Counted from the first letter of the stretch, positions 30,406 through 40,363 are shown. The stretch: DNA of 64,000 nt from Waterburya sp. (GCA_965217895.1 CBDCJV010000002.1:4096001-4160000), one strand, 5' to 3'. The notes: a model not told the origin generated them from the sequence alone. Translations and numbers: made by a program.

Positions 30406-32076
30406 TTAAAGTTTAAATTGCGATATCGACGATTGGAGAGTTTCTGCTTCTTGAACCAGAGTTTTCAGTGATTTCACCACGTTTTGGGCTTCAGTGGAAT
30501 TAGTTTTTGCTACTAGAGCAATACCATTAATTTTTTCATTGACCTGCTTGGAATTATCAGTTTGCTTTGTGGTGTTGGTAGAAATTGATTTTAAATAATC
30601 ATCAATTTGTTGACTAGTGTTCGCCAAACTTTGAAGGTTAAGTTTGGTCATGCGTACTAGTTCACTACCGTTTACTACTTCTGAGGTGCTAGTTTCCATC
30701 CCTTGCAGTACCGAAGTGGTATCTTGCTGAATTGCCGTCACTAGTTGTTGAATATCCTTGGTTGATTCGGTAATTCGATCTGCCAGACGACGGACTTCTT
30801 CGGCAACAATTCTAAATCCTTCTCCGTGTTCCCCTGCCCGCGCTGCCTCAACTGAAGCGTTAAAAGCCAGTAAGTTTGTTTTCTCAGAAATACCTGAAAT
30901 AATTTCTACAATTTGGGCAATTTCTTGAGAAGATTCTGCAAGCTGCTTTACTTTTTTCGAGGTATTGGCAACGGTAGTCCGAATTTTTTCGATACTGTGA
31001 ACCGTTGCGTCCATCGCTAAATCCCCTTCTTTAGCTTGAATTGAACCATTACGGGCAATTTTAGCAGCCTCTTGAGCATAGTCAGCAATTGTTTTTACCG
31101 ATTGATTAATTTCGTCGATACTGCTTAACGCCTGCTCGATTTCTGCTGCTTGAATCAGGGCAGATTCTGAAAGCTGTCGTACCGAACCTTCCCCAGCTAG
31201 AGACAATTGACCGACATCGGCAGATACAGTTTGAACTTTTTGCAGTAATCCCTGTAATTTTTTGAGAGTCGAGTTAAAGGCATCAGCAATTGAGCCGACT
31301 GCACCATCACTCATAGCTGCTCTAACGGTTAAATCTCCTCTTTGCGCTCCCTCTACGTCCATCAGCAGACTCATTACCCCTTGTTGTAGAGTTTCTCTTT
31401 GTTGCTGCTGATTTTTAGCTTCTCGCTCTTGAGTATAAAGCAAATCTTGAATCTGTCCTGCCATTTTGTTGATGTTAGAGCTTAAATTAGCTAATTCATC
31501 CTGTCCAGTAATAGGTATACGAACATCAAATTTCCCTTTGCCTATTTCGTCAATGGCATCACTAGCTTCTAGAAGAGGTTTAGTGATTTTGGTTGCGAGG
31601 GCTGAGGCGACTAAACCGACTAAAGCTATCAAGACAGCACTACTTAGTCCCAAAGTTAAGCCTAAGTTTTTTTGAACTGTGGACTTTTCCTCTTGTGTCA
31701 TTTTTTCTGGCAATGCCTGATTAACATAGTAATAGGCTGTTGAACCAATGGTAACAGTTGGTATGATACTCAGGAAAAATACCATTAACGGGACTTTGAG
31801 TTTTAAACTTAGATTCTGCCCAAACCAACCTTGAGAATCGGTTGGAATAACATGAAATTCTTTTGTCAGCAAAGATGGTTTGGATTTTTGCAAATTAGCC
31901 AACGCTTCCCTGGCGACATTACCGTAATTACCATTGGGATCTAGGACGGCAATTTCTTGGTAAATAGCGATCGCTTTTTCTATTTCTCCCGTACTTTCCA
32001 AGGTATTAGCCTCAACAATTTTACCGACAATATCATCGCTAATATTTTCAAAGGGTTTTAATTCCGAATCAGACAT
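30406..32076 (-). CDS. Methyl-accepting chemotaxis protein (2 TM, HAMP)
   Basis: TNLLAFNASVEAARAGEHGEGFRIVAEEVRRLA; HAMP motif GQDELANLS. Confidence 0.93.
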   Translation of the reverse strand: MSDSELKPFENISDDIVGKIVEANTLESTGEIEKAIAIYQEIAVLDPNGNYGNVAREALANLQKSKPSLLTKEFHVIPTDSQGWFGQNLSLKLKVPLMVFFLSIIPTVTIGSTAYYYVNQALPEKMTQEEKSTVQKNLGLTLGLSSAVLIALVGLVASALATKITKPLLEASDAIDEIGKGKFDVRIPITGQDELANLSSNINKMAGQIQDLLYTQEREAKNQQQQRETLQQGVMSLLMDVEGAQRGDLTVRAAMSDGAVGSIADAFNSTLKKLQGLLQKVQTVSADVGQLSLAGEGSVRQLSESALIQAAEIEQALSSIDEINQSVKTIADYAQEAAKIARNGSIQAKEGDLAMDATVHSIEKIRTTVANTSKKVKQLAESSQEIAQIVEIISGISEKTNLLAFNASVEAARAGEHGEGFRIVAEEVRRLADRITESTKDIQQLVTAIQQDTTSVLQGMETSTSEVVNGSELVRMTKLNLQSLANTSQQIDDYLKSISTNTTKQTDNSKQVNEKINGIALVAKTNSTEAQNVVKSLKTLVQEAETLQSSISQFKL

Positions 32077-32135
32077 AGTATTTTTCCTAGTAATTAAAAT
32101 ATATAGTTCGACCAACGTTTACAGCTTTACTGTAA

Positions 32136-32615
32136 TTAGGCAGACACCAAACTTGATTGTTGATGTAGCTGCTGCAATAGATTGGCAGGGTTTAAAATAT
32201 AAGTGTTTTTAGTTTCTGTAATGACACTGGCAGAACAACAGCTTTTTAAGTTAGATGATATGTTCTCGGAGATTTCTTCATGTTGAGCCTTTAAAGAGGT
32301 AATGCCGATTAGCTGCTGCGTTACTAATGCTATCTGTCTTGAGCTTTTGGCTGGATCGTGCTTGAGAACTACAGCCGTTAGCTTTCTGGTCAACTTGTCT
32401 TGCTTATTAGCTAAATGAAAATAGCGATCGCTATCTAAAACCCAAAGCAAAGAACCTTTAAAATTTACTACCCCATACCAAAAAGCAGCTACCCCTGGAA
32501 CTGGGCAGATATTATTTACTTCTAACTGTATTACCGCGCCCATATTTGCTAAGGGAATTCCTAGGTTTATTTTTGGGGCTAACTGAACGCTAAAATATTC
32601 TTGATTCATCAACAC
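32136..32615 (-). CDS. cheW: CheW-like adaptor
   Basis: ICPVPGV...GVVNFKGSLLWVLD; operon position. Confidence 0.85.
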   Translation of the reverse strand: MLMNQEYFSVQLAPKINLGIPLANMGAVIQLEVNNICPVPGVAAFWYGVVNFKGSLLWVLDSDRYFHLANKQDKLTRKLTAVVLKHDPAKSSRQIALVTQQLIGITSLKAQHEEISENISSNLKSCCSASVITETKNTYILNPANLLQQLHQQSSLVSA

Positions 32616-32665
32616 AAAGTAAATTTAAATCTACCTACACACACACAAAGTAAAACAAGTCTGCT

Positions 32666-33031
32666 TTAGCTAGCAAACTGATTCACTTTATCAACTAAAT
32701 TTTGGGGAATATAAGGTTTGGTAATATATTCATTTCCACCTTGACGCATTGCCCAAAAGCGATCAAATTCTTCAGCTTTAGAGCTACAAAATAAGATGGG
32801 AATCTCTTTCCATTCATCACGTTCTCTAATTTTGCGACAAAGATCTAAGCCACTTTCGCCTGGCATAACAATGTCCAACAGAATCAAATTAGGACTAGAA
32901 TTATTGTTGAGCCATTCCCAAGCTGCTTCTGCACTCGCGGCAACAGCAACGTTAAAACCAGCATGAGACAACAAAGCAGAACTCATTTGTCTTTCAGCGT
33001 GGGTATCTTCAACAATTAATATGGTTTTCAT
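32666..33031 (-). CDS. CheY-like response regulator
   Basis: LIVED, LLDIVMPG, FDRFWAMRQG..YITKP. Confidence 0.92.
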   Translation of the reverse strand: MKTILIVEDTHAERQMSSALLSHAGFNVAVAASAEAAWEWLNNNSSPNLILLDIVMPGESGLDLCRKIRERDEWKEIPILFCSSKAEEFDRFWAMRQGGNEYITKPYIPQNLVDKVNQFAS

Positions 33032-33136
33032 AATATTTAGGTGATTTTTTGCAGGTTATGTAAAAGATTGGTAATTGGGCTGATATTATAATTCCCAAAA
33101 TAATGCTTGAAATATCATTGAACATTGAACATTGAA

Positions 33137-33199
33137 CATTGCGAGACAAAACCGTTGCGAGGGTTCCCCCCGTTGAGATTATTGTCGAGGGTGAACATT
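33137..33199 (-). repeat. ~60-bp dispersed hairpin element within a CATTGAA heptamer run
   Basis: Reverse complement nearly identical to 20956-21018. Confidence 0.8.
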
Positions 33200-33265
33200 A
33201 AACATTTCATTAGAAGTAGGCAGTTAAGACAATTTTCTTTAACTACTAACTACTAACTACTAACT

Positions 33266-34477
33266 TCATTGAACGACAGGCACAACGGATTTTTCTAAAG
33301 CTTTAGCTAACTGAATTAATTTGTTGGGGTCACAAGGCTTGGTTAAATAATCGGTTGCTCCAGCTAACTTAGCTCTAACCCGATCGATCATTCCGTCTCT
33401 ACCAGTTAGCATAACGATGGGAATTTCCTTGAATTTTTGTGATTTTCTCAGGAGACTACATAAGTCATAGCCATTCATATTTGGCATATTGATATCCATA
33501 AAAATTACCGCAGGTTGATGAGGAGATAATTCTTTTAAGGCGGTAGTTGGATCGTGGATACTAATAACTCGATAATTAGCTGCTTCTAAAGTCATTTTCA
33601 CCTGTCTTTGTACTGTTTTACTGTCATCAATACAGACAATTAAAGTTTGAGCAGCATTACTATCAGCAGGGGATGATTGATTAATATTATCTTGTTGGCT
33701 AGCAGTTTGCTTTTGTATTTCATTAACAGCAGCTTCATCAAAAGGTAACAAATCAACAATTTTTTCTTCAATCGATTCTTCAAGATTTTTAGCTAAGAAA
33801 TAAGTATCGACTTTGGCTTTTGTTGCTATTTCATATAGATTGCTTTTGGCAACGAATAAGCTGACAAAAGAAGAAAGTTTTTGAGAGTTTGCCAAAATCT
33901 CAAATTCAGGTTTGGTGAACAGCACTTTCCATATTTTGTAGAACCTCAAGGCGTTTTTCTGATCTAGATATAGCCTGCTAATAGGAGAATGAAAATATTT
34001 TCTTACCTGTTGCCAAGCTTGTATCTGCTCTTTTACCTGCTCGTGAAAGTAGAGCTTTTTCAGTTCAAAACTAATAATTGATTTATTGATCCGTTTAGCT
34101 GGCTTTAATTCAATACTGGTGTTTTCGATGCTTAAAACATTAATCAACCCCTCTTTAACAAACATAAAAAGCAGCTTTTTGATATCTGCTTCTGACAATT
34201 GTTTATCAATTAGGTGTTGACACAACAAAGAATACTCGGAAACTTTTTGTCTCGATAAATCAGGAAAGCTAGAACCAAGCTTTAACTTTTGCCACAGATA
34301 ATTTAAGCGAGTTTGCTGTTCGACATTGGTACTTATATATTGAATTTTTCCCTGTAGCAGATATATATGCCAGCAAACAGAAGCATCCTTTGGTTCAGTT
34401 ACTTCAATACAACCAGACCAAGTTTCTTTTGATTTGGCATTGATAACTTGTAGAGGACTTTGAAGATGGTTGTTCAT
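33266..34477 (-). CDS. PatA-family response regulator (PATAN-like N-terminus plus REC)
   Basis: C-terminal CIDDS..MDINMP..LTGRDGMIDRVRAKLAGATDYLTKP; first gene of the chemosensory operon. Confidence 0.88.
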   Translation of the reverse strand: MNNHLQSPLQVINAKSKETWSGCIEVTEPKDASVCWHIYLLQGKIQYISTNVEQQTRLNYLWQKLKLGSSFPDLSRQKVSEYSLLCQHLIDKQLSEADIKKLLFMFVKEGLINVLSIENTSIELKPAKRINKSIISFELKKLYFHEQVKEQIQAWQQVRKYFHSPISRLYLDQKNALRFYKIWKVLFTKPEFEILANSQKLSSFVSLFVAKSNLYEIATKAKVDTYFLAKNLEESIEEKIVDLLPFDEAAVNEIQKQTASQQDNINQSSPADSNAAQTLIVCIDDSKTVQRQVKMTLEAANYRVISIHDPTTALKELSPHQPAVIFMDINMPNMNGYDLCSLLRKSQKFKEIPIVMLTGRDGMIDRVRAKLAGATDYLTKPCDPNKLIQLAKALEKSVVPVVQ

Positions 34478-34623
34478 AATCTTGCTAAAAATTAACTGTT
34501 AAGGGAAGCTAGCTAAAAAGAAATTAAAATTAGATGGTCTGGCTGTACTTTTTTTATAGTTCCCAAAAACTTTAGGAAAATTCATGTTTTAATGATTCGA
34601 ATTTGGGATCGAGATAAAACTAC

Positions 34624-36000
34624 ATGGCTTTAATTATTGCTGGCGATCGCTCTGGAGTAGGCAAAACTACTGTAACCCTTGCCATACTTGCCTTTCTTAC
34701 CCAACAGGGAAATAGAGTTCAGTCATTTAAGGTAGGGCCAGATTATATAGATCCGATGTTTCACTTCTCGGCTACAGGGATACCCTGTCGTAACTTAGAT
34801 CCTGTTTTGACTTCCCCTAAGTATGTTCAAGATTGTTTTAAGCGTCATACCCAAAATGCTAATTGTGTAGTGATAGAAGGGGTGATGGGGTTATTTGATG
34901 GTATCCGTAACCTGGATGGTACTGATTTCTTAAATGACTATGGTAGTACCGCTCATGTTGCTAGAATACTCAATCTGCCTGTAGCCTTGGTTTTAGACTG
35001 TTCTCGCTTATCTAGTTCGATCGCGGCGATCGCTTTTGGCTATGCTAACCTTGACCCAAAAGTAACTATTGCAGGAGTAATTCTCAATAAGGTAGCAAGC
35101 GATCGCCATTTAGAGCTACTAGAAACAGCACTAAAAACAATTGAGATGCCAATTTTAGGAGTCATTAGACGTAATGCGGAAATTACCCTTGGCGATCGAC
35201 ATTTGGGTCTTATTCCCTCCTCAGAAATACCTAATCTTAAAAGCGTTTTCTCTCAATTAGCTGAACTAGCCAAAACTTTAGACTGGGATAAACTATTCCC
35301 CTTACTCAAGTCGCCACCTCGCCACCTTGTCACCTCGCCATCTTGCCATCTCGCCACCTCGCAAAGTCCTGTAAGAATTGCGATCGCCAAAGATAAAGCC
35401 TTCAATTTTTATTACCAAGACAACTTAGATCTTCTAAAAGAACTAGGTGCAGAATTAACCTTTTGGAGTCCTTTAGAAGATCGCCACATTCCTAGTAACG
35501 TTCAAGGATTATACTTTGGCGGTGGATTTCCAGAGATTTTTGCTCAGCAGCTTGCAGAAAATAAGACAGTAAGACAAGAGTTAAAACAGATAATTCAAGC
35601 TGGCATACCTACCTACGCTGAGTGTGGCGGTTTAATGTATCTTTGCCAACAGTTAATCGATTTAAATGAAAAAGCTTGGTCAATGGTAGGCGTAATACCT
35701 AGTTGTGTCACCATGAAGGCAAAATTGACTTTGGGCTATCGGCAGGCAACGGCGTTACAAAATAGTTCTATTGCAACCAGCCAGCAAGTAGTTCGAGGAC
35801 ATGAGTTTCATCATTCTCAACTTACTGCTGTTTCCCCTACTCCTCAGTGGCAGTTAAAAGGTTTTCACAACTCTAGCCCTCAGCTTACAGAAGGTTGGAA
35901 CATTCAGCAGTTACACGCTTCTTATCTACATCTTCATTGGGGTGAATACAAATTTTTGGCGCAAAGATTTAGCCAACGTTGCCGAAATTATAAAATTTAG
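34624..36000 (+). CDS. cobB: Cobyrinate a,c-diamide synthase
   Basis: SGVGKTT, FKVGPDYIDP, IEGVMGLFDG, AFNFYY, YAECGGLMYL, GHEFH, SYLHLH. Confidence 0.93.
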   Translation: MALIIAGDRSGVGKTTVTLAILAFLTQQGNRVQSFKVGPDYIDPMFHFSATGIPCRNLDPVLTSPKYVQDCFKRHTQNANCVVIEGVMGLFDGIRNLDGTDFLNDYGSTAHVARILNLPVALVLDCSRLSSSIAAIAFGYANLDPKVTIAGVILNKVASDRHLELLETALKTIEMPILGVIRRNAEITLGDRHLGLIPSSEIPNLKSVFSQLAELAKTLDWDKLFPLLKSPPRHLVTSPSCHLATSQSPVRIAIAKDKAFNFYYQDNLDLLKELGAELTFWSPLEDRHIPSNVQGLYFGGGFPEIFAQQLAENKTVRQELKQIIQAGIPTYAECGGLMYLCQQLIDLNEKAWSMVGVIPSCVTMKAKLTLGYRQATALQNSSIATSQQVVRGHEFHHSQLTAVSPTPQWQLKGFHNSSPQLTEGWNIQQLHASYLHLHWGEYKFLAQRFSQRCRNYKI

Positions 36001-36049
36001 CTATATTAATTTGAGATACGAAATTTATTAATAACCATTTAGGGATACA

Positions 36050-36300
36050 GGAGGTGATGCCCATGACAGAACACAGTAGTAACATGGGTCTCCTAGTTGA
36101 TGATAGCCAGCTGCGCGCTGGGGCTGTTCTCTAAACAGTCGCATCTTTAGTTTCTGCGGAAACAGCTAGGTAGACATTGTTGGAGTTCCTTCCAGCAGTT
36201 AGGTTTCGACTAAGAGACCCTCTAGACCGCCCCTACAGGTAAGTAGCCATAGCAACGTTTGTTGTTAACCGTTATCGACCTGTGGGGGCGGATAGTTTTT
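36050..36300 (+). ncRNA. Candidate structured RNA containing a 23-aa ORF (36063-36134)
   Basis: GGAGGTGA RBS, ORF MTEHSSNMGLLVDDSQLRAGAVL, and a series of consecutive hairpins with G-U pairs on the + strand. Confidence 0.5.
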
Positions 36301-36414
36301 GGATAGATTTTTATTCAAACCGACTCGGATGTTTATGTTATGAACTTGCTCGCAAGTTGCTACAGTTGCTACATTAGATAGAGAGGAATTAGGTGTGTTT
36401 GAGGAGTTAAAGTA

Positions 36415-37431
36415 ATGGCAATTCAGCTACAACAGGCAATGACGGTCGGAAAGTATTTAGTTACCCAACGTCTTAGGGGACGTAAACATTTTCCTCTGGT
36501 ATTAATGCTAGAGCCTTTATTTCGCTGTAATTTGGCTTGCTCAGGCTGTGGCAAGATTCAGCATCCTACGGAAATATTGAAGCAGAATCTAACTCCAGAA
36601 CAATGTTTTGCTGCGGTAGCAGAATGTGGCGCGCCAGTAGTTTCCATTCCTGGAGGAGAGCCTTTACTGCACCCTCAAATTGATGAGATTGTCAGCGGGT
36701 TGGTACGGCGTAAGAAATTTGTTTATCTCTGTACCAATGGTATTTTGCTAGAGAAAAGCTTGAGCAAGTTTAAGCCTTCGCCTTACCTGACTTTTAGCGT
36801 GCATTTAGATGGGTTAGAAGAACAACATGACAAGTGTGTCGATCGCCAGGGAGTATTTGCTAAAGCGATCGCTGCTATTAAAGCTGCTAAACAACAAGGC
36901 TTTAGAGTCACTACCAACACCACAGTATTTGAAGGTGCCGATCCACAAGAGATGCAGGAGTTTTTTGATTATCTTGATACTCTTAATCTCGATGGGATGA
37001 TGGTTTCTCCTGGCTATAGCTATGAGTGGGCTCCCGATCAGGAAGGTTTCCTACAGCGAGAGCAAACTAAAGCCTTATTTAAAGAAATCTTATCTCCCTG
37101 GAAATCTGGCAAAAAGAAATGGAATTTCAATCATAATCCTTTGTTTTTAGAGTTTTTGATGGGCGACCAAGACTTTGACTGTACTCCTTGGGGTAGTCCT
37201 AGCTACAGCGTTTTGGGCTGGCAAAAACCCTGTTACCTTTTGAATGAAGGTCATTTTTCCAGCTATAAAGAGCTAATTGAACAGACTCAGTGGAGTAATT
37301 ACGGCAAAAAAAGCGGTAATCCTCAATGTCAAGACTGTATGGTGCATTGTGGCTATGAACCAACCGCAGCTACAGCAGCTATGCAGCCTGAAAATATGGG
37401 CAAAGCGATCGGCGCATTGTTTGGAGGTTAG
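36415..37431 (+). CDS. hpnH: Adenosyl-hopene transferase, radical SAM
   Basis: [47 protein letters not shown]. Confidence 0.95.
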   Translation: MAIQLQQAMTVGKYLVTQRLRGRKHFPLVLMLEPLFRCNLACSGCGKIQHPTEILKQNLTPEQCFAAVAECGAPVVSIPGGEPLLHPQIDEIVSGLVRRKKFVYLCTNGILLEKSLSKFKPSPYLTFSVHLDGLEEQHDKCVDRQGVFAKAIAAIKAAKQQGFRVTTNTTVFEGADPQEMQEFFDYLDTLNLDGMMVSPGYSYEWAPDQEGFLQREQTKALFKEILSPWKSGKKKWNFNHNPLFLEFLMGDQDFDCTPWGSPSYSVLGWQKPCYLLNEGHFSSYKELIEQTQWSNYGKKSGNPQCQDCMVHCGYEPTAATAAMQPENMGKAIGALFGG

Positions 37432-37451
37432 TTTCTACTGCCTTTAACAAC

Positions 37452-37568
37452 TATAGTCATTTCAAATAAAAACCATACAATTATGTAAGGGCGAACGATC
37501 GTTCGCCCTCACGATAAAATTGCTTTGCGCAATACCTAAATACGCGGAAGCTAATTGAAATGACTATA
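37452..37568. mobile_element. MITE-like element with 14-bp TIRs containing a REP-like hairpin
   Basis: TATAGTCATTTCAA...TTGAAATGACTATA; internal AGGGCGAACGATCGTTCGCCCT palindrome. Confidence 0.7.
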
Positions 37569-37820
37569 AAATATAGATTATGCTTCTTTGGCAAGCTTTC
37601 TAGTTACTAATCTTTCAACAGCGATCGCTGAAATACTTATCCAATCTAACTACTCATAATGTTTCGAGCTACTAGGTCTTTCCCTTCTAGATTTTTCAGC
37701 GCAAAAATAACTTCTTTTGGCTATTGGATAAGTTTTTTTTGTACTTCTTTTTTGATCGGTTTTTTCCTGTTCTAGCTTTTCTGTTAGTCCAATACCACAG
37801 TCAGGTTAAATAATAAGAAA

Positions 37821-38792
37821 TCATTTTATTAATCCTATTTCTCGCAGACGCTCAGTTAAAAATTCGCCAGCAGTAATGTCTGCAAATCGTTTAGGGTTGT
37901 GTTCATCAATGCAGTCAGTCAGGCAGGTAAGATCCATCTCCGAAATTGGGTGCATAAAAAAAGGAATGGAGTAACGGGGAGTATGCAATAGTTCTTTTGG
38001 CGGATTAACTACCCGATGAACAGTTGATTTTAATTTGTTGTTGGTAAGTCGTTCTAACATATCGCCAACGTTTACCACTATTTGATCGGGTAAAGCCGTT
38101 ACCCAAATCCATTTGCCATCTTTGCGCAATATTTGCAAACCTTCTGCACTTGCGCCCATCAAGAGAGTAATTAGATTAATATCACCGTGGGCTGCTGCAC
38201 GAACTGCGCCATCTGGAACTTCTTGGGGATTGGCTATAGGAAAGTAATGAATAGCACGGAGAATGCTATTACCCAATCTTACTCGATCGTCAAAATAAAA
38301 CTCATTTAATTTTAGATAAATTGCGATCGCTCTAAGAATCTTCAACCCTGCTGTTTCTAAAGTTCGGTAGGCTTCTACGGTCGCTGTGGCAAATTCAGGT
38401 ACTTCTTGGGGAAATATATTAGCAGGATAACCTAAGCTAGATCTATCTGCTGCGGCAATTTCTTGTCCTACGTGGTAAAACTCTTTCAAGTCTCCAACAT
38501 TTCTACCTTTGGCGTGTTCTTTGCCTTTAGCGGTATATCCTCGTTGCCCTCCCAATCCTTTGATTTGATAATTTAATTTAATCGTTTCTGGTAAAGCAAA
38601 AAACTGTTCGACTGCACTATATAAGCTGGCTGTTAACTCTTCAGATAAGCCATGGTTCTTTACCGCCACAAAGCCAATATTTTGGTAAGCTTCACCCAAG
38701 GTTTGAACAAACTTTTGTTTGCGTTCAGGATTATTAGCAGTAAAGTCGTTTAGATCTATAGAAGGTACTTCATCGTATAAAATTTCGCTCAT
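37821..38792 (-). CDS. 2-oxoglutarate/Fe(II) dioxygenase, isopenicillin N synthase family
   Basis: HGDINLITLL (HxD), NVGDMLERLTN, STVHRV, RYSIPFF. Confidence 0.92.
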   Translation of the reverse strand: MSEILYDEVPSIDLNDFTANNPERKQKFVQTLGEAYQNIGFVAVKNHGLSEELTASLYSAVEQFFALPETIKLNYQIKGLGGQRGYTAKGKEHAKGRNVGDLKEFYHVGQEIAAADRSSLGYPANIFPQEVPEFATATVEAYRTLETAGLKILRAIAIYLKLNEFYFDDRVRLGNSILRAIHYFPIANPQEVPDGAVRAAAHGDINLITLLMGASAEGLQILRKDGKWIWVTALPDQIVVNVGDMLERLTNNKLKSTVHRVVNPPKELLHTPRYSIPFFMHPISEMDLTCLTDCIDEHNPKRFADITAGEFLTERLREIGLIK

Positions 38793-38830
38793 AGGTTTTT
38801 TAATTCATACTAGACGTATATCCTCATCCT

Positions 38831-40363
38831 TTAATTAACGCTTCTAATTGCCTCTAATAACCCCCTGGCTTTATTTAAAGTTTCTTGATATTCAGTTTCA
38901 GGCACGGAGTCAGCTACCATTCCTGCCCCTGATTGTACCGAAACCATACACTGATTTTCTTTGTAGGGACGAACAATCATGGTGCGGATAGTAATAGCAG
39001 TATTTAGCTGTCCTTCAAAATCATAGTAACCATAAACTCCAGAATAGGGTCCGCGTCTTTCGGATTCAAGTTCATTGATAATTTCCATAGCGCGAATCTT
39101 GGGCGCGCCACTCACTGTACCTGCAGGAAAACAGGCTTTTAATAAGTCCCAGGCTGTTTTATCAGGTTCTAGTTCACCAATAACATTGCTGACAATGTGC
39201 ATTACATGAGAATAACGTTCGATTACCATTAGTTCATTAACGGTAATGCTGCCTTTAACACAGACACGACCAAGATCGTTTCTGCCTAAGTCTACTAGCA
39301 TGATGTGTTCGGCGACTTCTTTGGGATCTTCTAAAAGATCCTTAGCATAAGCTTCATCTTGGGCTTTGGTTTTGCCACGGGGGCGAGTTCCGGCAATGGG
39401 TCTAAGGGTAGCTTCAATTTTGCCATCGCTTCTAACATCTGCCTTAACCATTACTTCTGGAGATGAACCAATTAGCTGCCAATCGCCAAACTGATAGTAA
39501 CCCATGTAGGGAGAAGGATTAATTAGGCGCAGAGAGCGATACAAGTTGAAAGGATGACCTTTATAAACGGTGGAAAGCTTTTGAGATAAGACAACTTGAA
39601 AAATATCTCCTTTGTAGATATAGTCTTTGGCTTTGGAGACGTTTTCACAGAAAGCTTGCTTATCGGTATTGCTACAGTACACCAGCCCAGAATCAGGACT
39701 ACTGCGACTATCTAAAGATTTCCATTCGAGAGATTTTGCTTCTATAGGCAGAGGTAGCTGTAGCTTGAGCATTAATTTTGTAACGCGATCGCTCGCATTC
39801 TGATATGCTTCTTCTAGGCTAACATCGGCATCTCGTAAGTCCGCATAGGAGATTGCCCAAATCTTGCGTTTTACCTGGTCAAAAATAATTAGATTATCTA
39901 CCTGCATCCAAACTCCATCAGGTAAATCATCCTCTTGGGGGGAATTGACGGGTACACGTGGTTCAATCCAATTGATCAATTCATAGCCCCACACGCCAAA
40001 TAAACCGCCAATACCAGGGGGAAGTTGTGGCAACTTAACTGGTTTGATCGAGGTTAAACAGCGATCGCTAATTTCAAAGGGATTACCTGTATACTCTTTA
40101 ACCGAATTATCTCGATGAGTCTGGATAGTTTTGTTGCCTCTAGCTTCTAGTACCCACATAGGATCGCAGCCCAAAAAGCTATAGCGACCTATTTTTTCTT
40201 CTCCTTCTACAGACTCTAAAAGAAAATTATAGGGTTGACCTGCACATACTTTGTACCAAGCGGACACGGGAGTCTCTAAGTCAGCAACTAATTCTTGATA
40301 TACAGGTATAAAATTACCTTGCTGTGCTAGTTCGGTAAATTGAGCGAAGTTGGGAAAGATCAT
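38831..40363 (-). CDS. trpE: Anthranilate synthase component I
   Basis: LLESVEG, GDIFQVVLSQ, SSPE, PIAGTRPRG, EHIMLVDLGRNDLGRV, PAGTVSGAPK. Confidence 0.95.
   Translation of the reverse strand: MIFPNFAQFTELAQQGNFIPVYQELVADLETPVSAWYKVCAGQPYNFLLESVEGEEKIGRYSFLGCDPMWVLEARGNKTIQTHRDNSVKEYTGNPFEISDRCLTSIKPVKLPQLPPGIGGLFGVWGYELINWIEPRVPVNSPQEDDLPDGVWMQVDNLIIFDQVKRKIWAISYADLRDADVSLEEAYQNASDRVTKLMLKLQLPLPIEAKSLEWKSLDSRSSPDSGLVYCSNTDKQAFCENVSKAKDYIYKGDIFQVVLSQKLSTVYKGHPFNLYRSLRLINPSPYMGYYQFGDWQLIGSSPEVMVKADVRSDGKIEATLRPIAGTRPRGKTKAQDEAYAKDLLEDPKEVAEHIMLVDLGRNDLGRVCVKGSITVNELMVIERYSHVMHIVSNVIGELEPDKTAWDLLKACFPAGTVSGAPKIRAMEIINELESERRGPYSGVYGYYDFEGQLNTAITIRTMIVRPYKENQCMVSVQSGAGMVADSVPETEYQETLNKARGLLEAIRSVN

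Noticed and set aside
36120..36210. tmRNA (GGGGCTG and GGTTTCGAC fragments)
   Set aside because: The two fragments are ~75 nt apart instead of adjacent, and there is no tag peptide or T-arm/CCA end.
36001..36414. Cobalamin riboswitch next to cobB
   Set aside because: No B12-box or GGGAA...GGTG.AA.TCC core, and it lies downstream of cobB.
37578..37805. Possible IS5-like transposase C-terminal remnant on the minus strand
   Set aside because: Only vague resemblance, low complexity, and no catalytic motif.
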